From the NCBI GenBank assembly GCA_944392225.1, contig CALXWB010000003.1:8723-72722 (forward strand): DNA of 64,000 nt, written 5' to 3'. Origin of the DNA: an uncultured Alphaproteobacteria bacterium (lineage in GTDB: Bacteria > Pseudomonadota > Alphaproteobacteria > RF32 > CAG-239). This document shows, in pieces, positions 51,077-60,810 of this stretch (the stretch's first letter is position 1; each line of letters opens with the position of its first letter). The position numbers were made by a program, and so were the translations under genes. Below the pieces are notes generated by a model, which was not told where the DNA came from, did not search any database, and worked only from the letters and a program-made list of their open reading frames with translations.

Positions 51077-51901
51077 CTATTTTTTAAGAATTTCCAAACC
51101 AACTCTGTTTTTACAGTTGAATGATTGCAACAAATTTTCTGTTTTTTCAAAATATTGCCCCAACATGGAAACAGAATGTGCATCGTCACTCAAAAGTGTG
51201 GGAACACCTCTGCGACAAAGCTCTTTTAACATCCAATCGCACGGATGCTGCATATTAATCCTATTAAAACCGCTCGTGTTAACCTCAAACGGCATTCTTG
51301 TTTCATCAAGAGCTTCAATAATTTTCCAGCGGCTCGCTTCCAGATTCGGAAATTCGGGAATTTTGATAACACAATAATCAGCATGTGCCAAAAAGTTGAA
51401 ATATCCGCTCTTTATGGTGTTGACAACATTGTCCCAGTGTTGCCGGACAAGCTTGTTAAAATCTTCTTTGCCTAAACTCGGCGGGAGCAAATCTAAGTGA
51501 TATATATTGCACAGATAACTTTCATCAGGCTTGAAAATGAAATGATTTGAACCAATAATATAGTCAAAATCCAGCTGTTTTAACATTCTTTCAAAGCCAT
51601 TTCTCCAGGCAGCCGAAGGAAAAAAATCGACTTCCGCACCAACATAAACTTTTATTTTGTGCTTTGCCGCCGCTGTTCTTATCTCTTCCAATATATACTT
51701 GAACATTGTTACGGTTTTTTGTTCATCGTTCATAAACATCGGATGACTATGCTGCATGTTTGGGTGCCAGCACAAATGATTGGATATACCTATGGCCTCA
51801 AAGCCTAGCTTTTCTGCTTGAGAAATCATTTCTTCCGCCGTGTTTTGACCGTCAAATATACCCAAGGCGTTGGTATGGCAATGTAATGTGAACTTTTGCA
51901 T
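51077..51901 (-). CDS. PHP-domain (histidinol-phosphatase-like) metal-dependent phosphoesterase
   Basis: MQKFTLHCHTNA… His-rich PHP motifs. Start overlaps the upstream murA stop in a TAATG arrangement. Confidence 0.7.
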   Translation of the reverse strand: MQKFTLHCHTNALGIFDGQNTAEEMISQAEKLGFEAIGISNHLCWHPNMQHSHPMFMNDEQKTVTMFKYILEEIRTAAAKHKIKVYVGAEVDFFPSAAWRNGFERMLKQLDFDYIIGSNHFIFKPDESYLCNIYHLDLLPPSLGKEDFNKLVRQHWDNVVNTIKSGYFNFLAHADYCVIKIPEFPNLEASRWKIIEALDETRMPFEVNTSGFNRINMQHPCDWMLKELCRRGVPTLLSDDAHSVSMLGQYFEKTENLLQSFNCKNRVGLEILKK

Positions 51902-53319
51902 TATAACTCCGCTATTGATTCTATTTCTCTTCCTTCTTTTGAATATGAGATATCTATGCCCAAATCTTGTAAATTTTTGATTAAGTTTGGATAGCCGCGC
52001 AAAGCAAAGCCTGGTTCTTGTATCAAGCTTTTTCCTTCTGCCGTTGCGGCTAAAATTATTGTGCCCATGGTGCCGCGCAAATCCGTGCCTTTGGCCTCTG
52101 CCGCATGAAATGTTGATGGCTTGATTGTTATATACAGATTTTTTATGGTTCCTTGCTGGCCGCTGTTCACATCAATCTGTTCATATTGGCTTTGCAGACC
52201 AAATTTTGCCATCTCCGGCAAATGAGCACTCCTTCCGGCCCATATTAAATCTGATATAACGGACGGGCTTTTGGCTTGAGCTAAAATAGGAGTCCATATC
52301 TGGTGCAAGTCTGTTTCAAAACCGGGGAAGGGTGTTACCTGCATGATGAATCCGTCATATGGTTTGATCTTTCTAAAATCTAAATATAGTTTTTTCTTAT
52401 CTGCCGAATAGTATATACCTCTGCAAAACATTCTTTCCAGCTGTTTCAGCCAAGGGGAACAATGCTCAAAATTTATTCCATCTAATTCAACAGCTCCTCT
52501 GGTTGACAAGGTGAGCAGGGCATAGGTTGCCGCTTCCAGCCTATCGGGAATCACTTCAAAATCAACACCTTTAAGCAAACTTCTGTTTTTGCCGTCATAA
52601 ATAAGGCCGGTTCTCTCGTTTCCGATTATTCCCAAACCCATTTTTTGCAACATGGCAATCAAGTTTGAAACTTCCGGCTCTAGGGAAGCATTATACATCA
52701 TCTTACATTCATTTGAGCCAACCACGGACAACAGCCAGTGAAATGTAGCGCCGTGCGAGGCTTTAAATGTGGTATACACAGGGCAGAAGTCTGACTTTTC
52801 TTTCTTTGGCAGTGTAAAACATAAATAAGAATATTTTTCGTTTTCTTTTGTTTCAATACTAATTGTGGCACCAAAAACGGTTTTTATCAGTTCTTCATGA
52901 AAATCTGTCGGGCGTTTTCCTCCAAAAGAACATCCTCCGGGCAGGCAAACTTTCAGACTATCAAACTCTTTGGTGCGTGAAAATCGGGCTAACAAGGAGC
53001 CCCAAAGATAATAGCTGGCTCTAAAATGTGCCGCTTGGTGAGAAATCTCGTTTTTAACAATTTTTGCGGCGTGTAGCTTCAATATTCTTTTTTGCGGATC
53101 ATATTTAACATCAACGCCAATATCTTTCATAATATGTCCCATTTCCAAAACATCGGTGATATATGGTACATTACGTAGCGTGACAACGTCATCTGTTAAA
53201 ACGGCAGCTGCCATTAAACCTAAAATGGCATTTTTTGCACCGCTTATCTTAATGTCTCCGGAAACGGAATTACCGCCATTGATTGTCAAACTATCGGGAA
53301 TAAAGAAATTTTCAGTCAT
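51901..53319 (-). CDS. murA: UDP-N-acetylglucosamine 1-carboxyvinyltransferase (MurA family; long form, 472 aa)
   Basis: ISGAKNAILG… and active-site LPGGCSFGGKRPTDFH (MurA Cys115 loop). Confidence 0.8.
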   Translation of the reverse strand: MTENFFIPDSLTINGGNSVSGDIKISGAKNAILGLMAAAVLTDDVVTLRNVPYITDVLEMGHIMKDIGVDVKYDPQKRILKLHAAKIVKNEISHQAAHFRASYYLWGSLLARFSRTKEFDSLKVCLPGGCSFGGKRPTDFHEELIKTVFGATISIETKENEKYSYLCFTLPKKEKSDFCPVYTTFKASHGATFHWLLSVVGSNECKMMYNASLEPEVSNLIAMLQKMGLGIIGNERTGLIYDGKNRSLLKGVDFEVIPDRLEAATYALLTLSTRGAVELDGINFEHCSPWLKQLERMFCRGIYYSADKKKLYLDFRKIKPYDGFIMQVTPFPGFETDLHQIWTPILAQAKSPSVISDLIWAGRSAHLPEMAKFGLQSQYEQIDVNSGQQGTIKNLYITIKPSTFHAAEAKGTDLRGTMGTIILAATAEGKSLIQEPGFALRGYPNLIKNLQDLGIDISYSKEGREIESIAEL

Positions 53320-53384
53320 TTTGCCCTCCTTGTTAGAAGAATAATCTATTATAGACGAGGGCTATTTAATTTTTGGTAAATCAG

Positions 53385-53420
53385 AAAAAGAAAAGAGGCG
53401 GAATTTTGTTTTCGCCTCTT
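53385..53420 (-). terminator. Rho-independent terminator after mnmG
   Basis: gaggcg…cgcctc hairpin followed by a T-run on the minus strand. Confidence 0.55.
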
Positions 53421-53431
53421 CAAATACAGTG

Positions 53432-55279
53432 TTATTTTTTAACATAACCCAAAATAGCCGTGATGGCGGCAGGGGTTACTCCCGGAATGCGTGAAGCCTC
53501 GCCGATGGTTGAAGGTTTGACCTTGCTCAATTTAGTAACCATCTCTCGCGATAAGCCGCCGATTTTGCCATAATCAATATCTTCACGCAATTTGAGGTTT
53601 TCATCTTTTTTGAAGACCTCAATATCAGCCATCTGGCGTTTGATATAACCCGAATAGCGTGCTTCAATCTCAATGGCTTCATAAACAACATTCGGCATAT
53701 CAACCAACTCGGGGAAGAGTTGATTGATTGTTTCACGTGAAACGTCTTCATAACTCATCAGATTAAAAGGTGTTCTCTTAGTGCCATCATGCTTGACGTT
53801 CAAGCCCAAAGCATCTATCTCTTTATAGCTGGTTTGCAGGGTGTTACAAAGCTCGGTATAATGCTTAATCTGCTCTTTTTTAGATTTAAATACACTGTAT
53901 CTATGTTCTCCGACACAACCAATGTCATGACCTTTTTCAGTCAGACGACGATCGGCATTATCCGCACGCAGGAATAAACGATATTCCGAGCGAGAGGTGA
54001 ACATACGGTAAGGTTCATCCACACCTTTGGTGATTAAATCATCAATCATCACACCGATATAAGCTTCACTTCTATCTACCACAAATTCTCGACCTTTACC
54101 TTCAGCATACAGAGCCGCATTAATACCGGCAACCAAACCTTGCGCGGCGGCTTCTTCATAGCCGGTGGTGCCGTTGATTTGTCCAGCCAAGAATAAGCCC
54201 GGGACTTTTTTCACCGCTAAACGGTTATCCAACTCTTGCGGATCAACATAGTCATATTCAATGGCATAGGCAAAGCGCAAAATTTCTACATCTTCCAAAC
54301 CTTCCATCGTGTGAATGAAAGCATCTTGCACATCTGCCGGCAAAGATGTGGAAATGCCGTTCGGATAAACCACATCAGTATTCAAACCTTCCGGTTCCAA
54401 GAAAATTTGATGACTGGTTCTATCGGCAAACTTGACCAACTTATCTTCAATGCTCGGGCAATATCTTGGCCCAACACCGGTAATCAAACCCGAAAACAAC
54501 GCACATTTATCAAAATTATCACGAATAATCTTATGCGTTCTTTCATTGGTATGAGTGATATAGCACTGAATCTGCGGGTTGGTGATTTTATCCGTCAAAT
54601 ATGAAAAAGGAACGGGCGGATTGTCGCCGTCTTGGGTGGCCAGTTTTTCCCAGTGGATGGTTTTGCCGTTCAGACGGGCAGGGGTGCCGGTTTTCAAACG
54701 GCCGACTTTTAAACCAAGTTGCTTTAAATACGGTGTTATACCAGTGCAGCTTTCTTCACCAATACGGCCTCCAACCGTGGCTTGGTGCCCTACAAACATA
54801 ACCCCGTTCAAAAATGTGCCGGAAGTTAAAACCGTGGCCTTGGCTCTGATTTCTTCTCCATTTGCCAAAATAACACCTTCAACCTGATTATCTTTAATAA
54901 TCAAACCTTCAACCGCGGCTTCAATAATATCCAAATTCTCTTGCTCACGTAGAGCCTCAAGCATATATTTTTTATACAGCTCTCTATCCGCCTGAGCGCG
55001 CGGACCTCTTACGGCCGGACCTTTGGAAGCATTGAGCATACGAAACTGAATGCCGGCTTTGTCAATCACACGACCCATCAAGCCGTCAAGCGCGTCCACC
55101 TCCCTGACCAAATGTCCTTTGCCCAAACCACCAATGGCCGGATTGCAAGACATGGCACCAATAGTATCAATATGGTGGGTCACCAAAGCGGTTTTGGCGC
55201 CGGTTCTCGCTGCTGCGGCACAAGCTTCACAGCCGGCGTGTCCTCCGCCAACCACAATTACATCGTAAATTTTATTCAT
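53432..55279 (-). CDS. mnmG: tRNA uridine-5-carboxymethylaminomethyl modification enzyme MnmG (GidA)
   Basis: FAD-binding GGGHAGCEA. 615 aa. Confidence 0.95.
   Translation of the reverse strand: MNKIYDVIVVGGGHAGCEACAAAARTGAKTALVTHHIDTIGAMSCNPAIGGLGKGHLVREVDALDGLMGRVIDKAGIQFRMLNASKGPAVRGPRAQADRELYKKYMLEALREQENLDIIEAAVEGLIIKDNQVEGVILANGEEIRAKATVLTSGTFLNGVMFVGHQATVGGRIGEESCTGITPYLKQLGLKVGRLKTGTPARLNGKTIHWEKLATQDGDNPPVPFSYLTDKITNPQIQCYITHTNERTHKIIRDNFDKCALFSGLITGVGPRYCPSIEDKLVKFADRTSHQIFLEPEGLNTDVVYPNGISTSLPADVQDAFIHTMEGLEDVEILRFAYAIEYDYVDPQELDNRLAVKKVPGLFLAGQINGTTGYEEAAAQGLVAGINAALYAEGKGREFVVDRSEAYIGVMIDDLITKGVDEPYRMFTSRSEYRLFLRADNADRRLTEKGHDIGCVGEHRYSVFKSKKEQIKHYTELCNTLQTSYKEIDALGLNVKHDGTKRTPFNLMSYEDVSRETINQLFPELVDMPNVVYEAIEIEARYSGYIKRQMADIEVFKKDENLKLREDIDYGKIGGLSREMVTKLSKVKPSTIGEASRIPGVTPAAITAILGYVKK
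53729..53744. promoter_or_regulatory. parS: parS centromere site (TGTTTCACGTGAAACg, 15/16)
   Basis: Near-perfect parS palindrome inside the 3' part of mnmG. It also encodes VSRET. Confidence 0.8.
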
Positions 55280-55359
55280 TATTTATAAGGCCTTAAAAAA
55301 TTTTTATTCAATCTTGCCGGCATTATAATCAAAAAAATTTAGAAATCAATAAAAGGCAT

Positions 55360-55386
55360 AAAAAAAAGAGCGCTTGAAACGCTCTT
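55360..55386 (-). terminator. Rho-independent terminator after mnmE
   Basis: agagcg-cttgaaa-cgctct hairpin with a T-run on the minus strand. Confidence 0.6.
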
Positions 55387-55408
55387 TCTTTAATTTTTGC
55401 TTCTACAT

Positions 55409-56752
55409 CTATTTGCCGATGCAAAAGTCGCCAAAGATTTTATCTAAAATCTCATCAACCTCAATTCGGCCGGTGATTTTACCTAAAGCGCGGGCGGCGA
55501 GGCGGATATCTTCCGCAGTCAGCTCAATTTCTTTATTAAAACCAAAATTTTGCAGATTTTCTAAAACATCTTGCAAAGCTTCACGATAGCGGCTTCTTGT
55601 AATCAAAAGGTTGGAGTTTGACGTAAAGCGCTCTTGTATATTTTTTGAAATGGCTTGCAAGAGTTTATCCACGCCTTGTTTTTGTTTGGCCGATATAACC
55701 AAACAGCCTGATTTTTCTAGCTGTGAACATTGTTCAGAAGTTAATTTATCACATTTATTTGCTACAAACAAGGCTTTGTTTTTTAAAGAATCTTTTATTT
55801 TATCAAAGACATGAACACTGTCTACCGAAGAATCAAACAAGCAAATGACCAAATCGGCATCATGAATTTTGCCATAAGCAATATCAATGCCTTTTTTCTC
55901 AATTTCTTCTTCGGTTTCACGCAGACCGGCGGTATCGGTAAACATAACAGGATAACCATTCAAATCCAAATGAACATCTATGGCATCACGCGTGGTTCCG
56001 GCAATGTCTGAGACAATCACGGCATCTCTTTTGACAATGGCATTAAGCAAACTTGACTTGCCGGCATTGGGCGCACCAACAATAGCTACCCTAAAACCTT
56101 CACGCAAACGCTCACCGATTGAATCACCGTTCAAGTGGTCTTTTATCTCGTTTTCAAGTTTAAATACAGTGTTCTGCATATTATCAATAACCGATGGCGG
56201 AATCTCCTCATCGGGAAAATCGATAAAAGCTTCTAAATGCGCCAAGATCTTAACCAACTCGGCACGCCAGCTCTCGTATAAATTCTTCAACCCGCCTTCC
56301 ATTTGGCGCATGGCATATTTTTGCTGCTCAGAGGTTTCGGAATCAATCAAATCAGCCAAACCCTCAGCTTCGGTCAAATCCATTTTGCCGTTATAAAAAG
56401 CGCGTTTGGAATATTCTCCAGGTTCGGCCATGCGAAAACCCTCAATTTGGCTTAAATTATTCATCACCGAAGCAATCACAGCTTTGGAACCATGGGTTTG
56501 AAACTCAACAATATCCTCCCCCGTGAAAGAATGCGGCGCCTTGAAATATAAAACCAAACTTTGATCCAAGCTCTCAGTCTTATCCAAATTGTGCAACTTG
56601 GCAAAATATGCATAACGCGGTTTGATGCTCTTGACATCAATATCGGTCATCAACTCAACGGCTTTTAAAGCCTCATTTCCCGAAACTCGAATCACGGCCA
56701 CGCCGGACTTTCCGTAAACGGTGGACAAGGCATATATGGTTTGGTTTGTCAT
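55409..56752 (-). CDS. mnmE: tRNA modification GTPase MnmE (TrmE)
   Basis: G-domain GAPNAGKSSLLN and C-terminal CIGK. Confidence 0.95.
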   Translation of the reverse strand: MTNQTIYALSTVYGKSGVAVIRVSGNEALKAVELMTDIDVKSIKPRYAYFAKLHNLDKTESLDQSLVLYFKAPHSFTGEDIVEFQTHGSKAVIASVMNNLSQIEGFRMAEPGEYSKRAFYNGKMDLTEAEGLADLIDSETSEQQKYAMRQMEGGLKNLYESWRAELVKILAHLEAFIDFPDEEIPPSVIDNMQNTVFKLENEIKDHLNGDSIGERLREGFRVAIVGAPNAGKSSLLNAIVKRDAVIVSDIAGTTRDAIDVHLDLNGYPVMFTDTAGLRETEEEIEKKGIDIAYGKIHDADLVICLFDSSVDSVHVFDKIKDSLKNKALFVANKCDKLTSEQCSQLEKSGCLVISAKQKQGVDKLLQAISKNIQERFTSNSNLLITRSRYREALQDVLENLQNFGFNKEIELTAEDIRLAARALGKITGRIEVDEILDKIFGDFCIGK

Positions 56753-56912
56753 TTTTTATCTCCTTATGCTGTTTTTATAGCGAGATTGAATCTTGAAAGC
56801 AAGTTTTAAAAAACGACTCTAAAAAAAAGCCCATTTTTTGACCATAGAGTGAGGGTTTATATTTTTTTAATCAATCTATCATAAAATATGCCAAAAATGC
56901 TTCTACGGGCTT

Positions 56913-57620
56913 TTGGCGGACTCAATTTTTTCTATCACTAATTGTAAAATGATTAAAACTTCTAATAAATTGATAATTTGGGATTTTGACGGCGTGATTG
57001 CCGATACAGAATGTTTGTGGATGGAAAATCGGCGAAAACTTCTTAAAAAATATTTTAACATTAATTGGGATTTAAAAACAACTAATCATATTCTCGGAGG
57101 TATGCATTGGACCACACGTTTGCAAACTTTGCAAAAAATGGGTCTCAATATTGATAAAAATTTTGAAGATGAAGCCACAAAACTCGATTGGCAAGTTTTG
57201 AATAAAGGAATTTCTCTTACCCCTCATATTGAAAAAATTTTTGCAAGAACAGATATCAAACAATGTATTGCTACCGGCGGCACCAAGGAAAAAACAGAAA
57301 AAAAACTCAAGGCCGTGGGTATTGATCGGATTTTTACACCAGATAAGGTTTTCTTGGCAGAAATGGTTGCTCATGGCAAACCGGCGCCGGATTTGTTTTT
57401 GCTCGCGGCTCAAAAAATGGGTGAAAAACCAGAGAATTGCCTTGTGATTGAAGACTCACCGGCCGGGCTTAAAGCCGGATTGGCCGCAAATATGACAACA
57501 TTGGCCTTTGTCGGCAGCAAAATGAACAACAATGATGAATATATTGCTCAAGTCAGAGATTTGGGCATAAAATATATTTTCAATAATATGAATGATATTT
57601 ATCATTTCATATTTGAATAA
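56913..57620 (+). CDS. HAD-superfamily hydrolase (beta-phosphoglucomutase-like)
   Basis: Motif I IIWDFDGVIADTE. The start may be the internal Met at 56949. Confidence 0.75.
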   Translation: MADSIFSITNCKMIKTSNKLIIWDFDGVIADTECLWMENRRKLLKKYFNINWDLKTTNHILGGMHWTTRLQTLQKMGLNIDKNFEDEATKLDWQVLNKGISLTPHIEKIFARTDIKQCIATGGTKEKTEKKLKAVGIDRIFTPDKVFLAEMVAHGKPAPDLFLLAAQKMGEKPENCLVIEDSPAGLKAGLAANMTTLAFVGSKMNNNDEYIAQVRDLGIKYIFNNMNDIYHFIFE

Positions 57621-57653
57621 AAAAAAGCTCCGTTTTCAGGAGCTCTTTTTTTC
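57621..57653. terminator. Bidirectional terminator between the HAD hydrolase and rho
   Basis: aaaaaaagctcc-gttttca-ggagctcttttttt. Confidence 0.7.
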
Positions 57654-58906
57654 TAAGAATTCATATGATCAAAGAAATCTTGGTTGTTTTTGCTTTGTCT
57701 GAGCTTATCAAGTAAAAACTCCATACCATCGGTCATGCCCATTTGCATCAACACGCGGCGCAAAACCCACATTTTGGACAAGGTGGCTTTGTCAACCAAA
57801 AGCTCTTCCTTACGGGTGCCGGAACGGGTGATATCAATGGTTGGGAAGAGGCGTTTATCGGTTAACTTTCTATCCAAAATGATTTCGGAGTTGCCTGTTC
57901 CTTTGAACTCTTCAAAAATAACCTCATCCATGCGTGAGCCGGTATCAATCAACGCGGTGGCAATGATGGTTAAGGAACCTCCTTCCTCCACATTGCGGGC
58001 AGCACCGAGCAGGCGTTTCGGGCGTTGCAAAGCATTGGCATCAACACCACCTGTTAAAACTTTGCCTGATGATGGAATAACCGTGTTATAAGCACGACCC
58101 AAACGGGTGATTGAGTCAAGCAAAATGACCACGTCTTTTTTGGTTTCAACCAATCTTTTGGCTTTTTCAATGACCATTTCGGCCACTTGAACATGGCGCG
58201 AGGCCGGCTCATCAAAGGTGGAAGATATTACCTCGCCTTTGACCGAGCGCATCATATCCGTTACCTCTTCCGGGCGCTCATCAATCAACAACACCATCAG
58301 ATAAACTTCCGGGTGATTGGTGGCTATGGCATGAGCAATATTTTGCAACATAACGGTTTTACCTGTGCGCGGCGGCGCCACAATCAAACCACGTTGGCCT
58401 TTGCCTTGCGGGGCAATTAGGTCAATCACACGGGTGGTATAGTCTTTATCACCGCAGATGATGTCAAAATTGAGTTTTTGTGTTGGATATAATGGCGTGA
58501 GATTGTCAAAATTTATTCTTAATTTGGAAAGTTCGGGGTCTGCAAAATTTATTCGGTTGACTTTGGTTAAAGCAAAATAGCGTTCATTGTCTTTGGGCGC
58601 TCTGATTTCTCCTTCAACCGTATCGCCGGTGCGCAAACCAAACTTTTTGACCTGAGAAGGTGAAACATATATATCATCCGGCCCGGCAAGGTAGTTTGAC
58701 TGGCTTGATCTTAAAAAACCAAAGCCGTCTTGCAAAACCTCAATGGTTCCTTCTCCATAGATGATATTGTCTTCACTGGCTACTTTTTTCAAAATTGCAA
58801 ACATCAGGTCTTGTTTGCGCATGGAAGAAGCATCTTCAATGCCTAGGTCCTCAGCCTCCGTTAAGAGTTCTTTCGGGGATTTTTGTTTTAAGTCTTTTAA
58901 ATTCAT
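57653..58906 (-). CDS. rho: Transcription termination factor Rho
   Basis: N-terminal RNA-binding domain and RecA-like ATPase (…[15 protein letters not shown]…). 417 aa. Confidence 0.95.
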   Translation of the reverse strand: MNLKDLKQKSPKELLTEAEDLGIEDASSMRKQDLMFAILKKVASEDNIIYGEGTIEVLQDGFGFLRSSQSNYLAGPDDIYVSPSQVKKFGLRTGDTVEGEIRAPKDNERYFALTKVNRINFADPELSKLRINFDNLTPLYPTQKLNFDIICGDKDYTTRVIDLIAPQGKGQRGLIVAPPRTGKTVMLQNIAHAIATNHPEVYLMVLLIDERPEEVTDMMRSVKGEVISSTFDEPASRHVQVAEMVIEKAKRLVETKKDVVILLDSITRLGRAYNTVIPSSGKVLTGGVDANALQRPKRLLGAARNVEEGGSLTIIATALIDTGSRMDEVIFEEFKGTGNSEIILDRKLTDKRLFPTIDITRSGTRKEELLVDKATLSKMWVLRRVLMQMGMTDGMEFLLDKLRQSKNNQDFFDHMNS

Positions 58907-58949
58907 GCTTACCTTAAATTTTTTGGGAATAAATTTCTGCAGTTAAGAT

Positions 58950-59450
58950 TATTTTAAATATTTCAATATTTATTTTGGTAGGTTGCTTTTTTATATATTC
59001 TTATATTTCTTTTTTGTCAATTGTTTTTGGCAAAAGGCCAGAATGTTAAAAATTTTGATAACATGCTTGGAATTATATTTATGTTTTGCGTTAAGATTTT
59101 ATTAACAGCCCCGCAGGGCAAATATAATATTTAAAAAAGTTTTGTTGTTATTTGTTTATCCCTGTGAGTTGTGTGGATAAGTTTTCTTTCACAGATTTGT
59201 CCACAAAAAGCTTTGTTAAAACGAATCGTTAACAAAAGATTAATAAAATTTGTCTTTTTAGATTCATTTTCAAACAACTAAACACCATAATCCGATTCAA
59301 AACTTTAATTTTTGAATTTTGATATATCCACAGGTGTGAATGCTTTTTTGTGCCTGTATATAACTCTGAGTTTGGGTTTTGCAAAATGCGGATTAAATTG
59401 TATAACTGTTGAAAAAGGGCAGAGTTATGCACAAAAGGTTAACGTTCTGT
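58950..59450. promoter_or_regulatory. oriC: Candidate chromosomal replication origin (oriC): AT-rich region with a DnaA-box cluster and CtrA-like TTAA-N7-TTAA sites
   Basis: Perfect DnaA box TGTGGATAA at 59172-59180. 8/9 boxes at 59197-59205 (TTGTCCACA), 59324-59332 (ATATCCACA) and 59425-59433 (TTATGCACA). TTAA-N7-TTAA at 59091-59105 and 59229-59243. AT-rich stretch at 58950-59030. Lies between rho and coaE/dnaQ, with parS sites 5-8 kb away. Confidence 0.6.
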
Positions 59451-59492
59451 TAATAACTCTGTTTTGTTTTTATATATCAACAGCTTAAGGCT

Positions 59493-60080
59493 ATGAACAT
59501 GATTTTGGCGGCGATTACCGGCTCAATTGGTTGCGGAAAAACCACTCTGGCTCAAGTTTTCAAAAAACTCGGATATCCTGTTTTTGATGCTGATGCTTGG
59601 GTCAGAAGGCTTTATGAAAAACCTGCTTTTATCAAGGTTGTTTTGCAAAATTTTCCGGGGGCTCAAACTAACGGTGCTTTTGATAAAAGAAAATTGCGCT
59701 TGCTTGTGTTTGATGATGCTCAAAAGTTGCAAAAGCTGGAATGTTTGATTCACCCTTTTTTAAAAGAACAACTCAAAACCGTTATTAGAAAAAATGCTAA
59801 AAAAGTAGGTTTGTTTTTTCTTGATGCGGCTTTGTTGTTTGAGCTTGGATGGGATAAATATTGCGATTTTGTGATTACCGTAAATGTGGATAAAAAAACA
59901 CAAAAACAACGCGTTATGCAAAGAGATAATGTTTCGGAAGCTCATGTTGAAAAAATTATTGAAAAGCAAATGAGCCAAAAAGAAAAGGTGAAAAGAGCCG
60001 ACTGGGTGGTGGAAACAAATGTGCCGCTTAATTTGCTCAAGGTTTTTGCTTTGGAAATTGTAAACGGATTGAAAGAATAG
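59493..60080 (+). CDS. coaE: Dephospho-CoA kinase
   Basis: P-loop GSIGCGKTT. 195 aa. Confidence 0.88.
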   Translation: MNMILAAITGSIGCGKTTLAQVFKKLGYPVFDADAWVRRLYEKPAFIKVVLQNFPGAQTNGAFDKRKLRLLVFDDAQKLQKLECLIHPFLKEQLKTVIRKNAKKVGLFFLDAALLFELGWDKYCDFVITVNVDKKTQKQRVMQRDNVSEAHVEKIIEKQMSQKEKVKRADWVVETNVPLNLLKVFALEIVNGLKE

Positions 60081-60087
60081 GTAAAAA

Positions 60088-60810
60088 ATGGTCAGAGAAA
60101 TTGTTTTTGATACGGAAACAACGGGTTTTTATGCCGATAAAGGTGATCGATTGGTGGAAATCGGCGCCATTGAGCTCATTAACCATATTCCAACGGGAAA
60201 AACTTTTCATCAATATATCAATCCGCAAAGAGAAGTGCCGGAAGAAGCTTTCAAAGTTCATGGTTTGTCTTATGAGTTTTTGAAAGATTTTCCTACCTTT
60301 GACCAAATTGTTGATGATTGGCTCAATTTTGTCGGTGATGACGGTATTTTGGTGGCTCATAATGCCAAGTTTGATATCACCTTTTGTAACTTTGAACAAA
60401 AAGCCTTGAATAAGCCCGAGTTTTCTTGGGACAGAGTGATTGATACGCTGGAAATTGCACGCAATATGTTTCCGGGAGCACGCGTCAATTTGGATGCTCT
60501 TTGCAAACGCTTTAATATTGATAACTCAAACCGCACCAAACACGGTGCTTTGCTTGATGCCGAGCTTTTGGCAGAAGTTTATCTGCAGCTCATCGGCGGT
60601 CAAGAACCGTCTATGATGTTTGATGAGAAGAAAAAATCAGCACAGCAGACAACGGATATTCAGTTCGGGGGAGAGGGAAAAACAAGACAAGAACGCCATT
60701 TTCCTTTGAGTGAAGAAGAGATAAAATTACATAATGAATTTTTGCAAAACAAAATAAAAAATGCCATATGGTTGGCTGAGCCTGAATTATCAGAAAAAAA
60801 TAGAATTTAA
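60088..60810 (+). CDS. dnaQ: DNA polymerase III epsilon subunit (3'-5' proofreading exonuclease)
   Basis: Exo I FDTETTG, Exo II and Exo III (HGALLDAELLAEVY) motifs. Confidence 0.9.
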   Translation: MVREIVFDTETTGFYADKGDRLVEIGAIELINHIPTGKTFHQYINPQREVPEEAFKVHGLSYEFLKDFPTFDQIVDDWLNFVGDDGILVAHNAKFDITFCNFEQKALNKPEFSWDRVIDTLEIARNMFPGARVNLDALCKRFNIDNSNRTKHGALLDAELLAEVYLQLIGGQEPSMMFDEKKKSAQQTTDIQFGGEGKTRQERHFPLSEEEIKLHNEFLQNKIKNAIWLAEPELSEKNRI

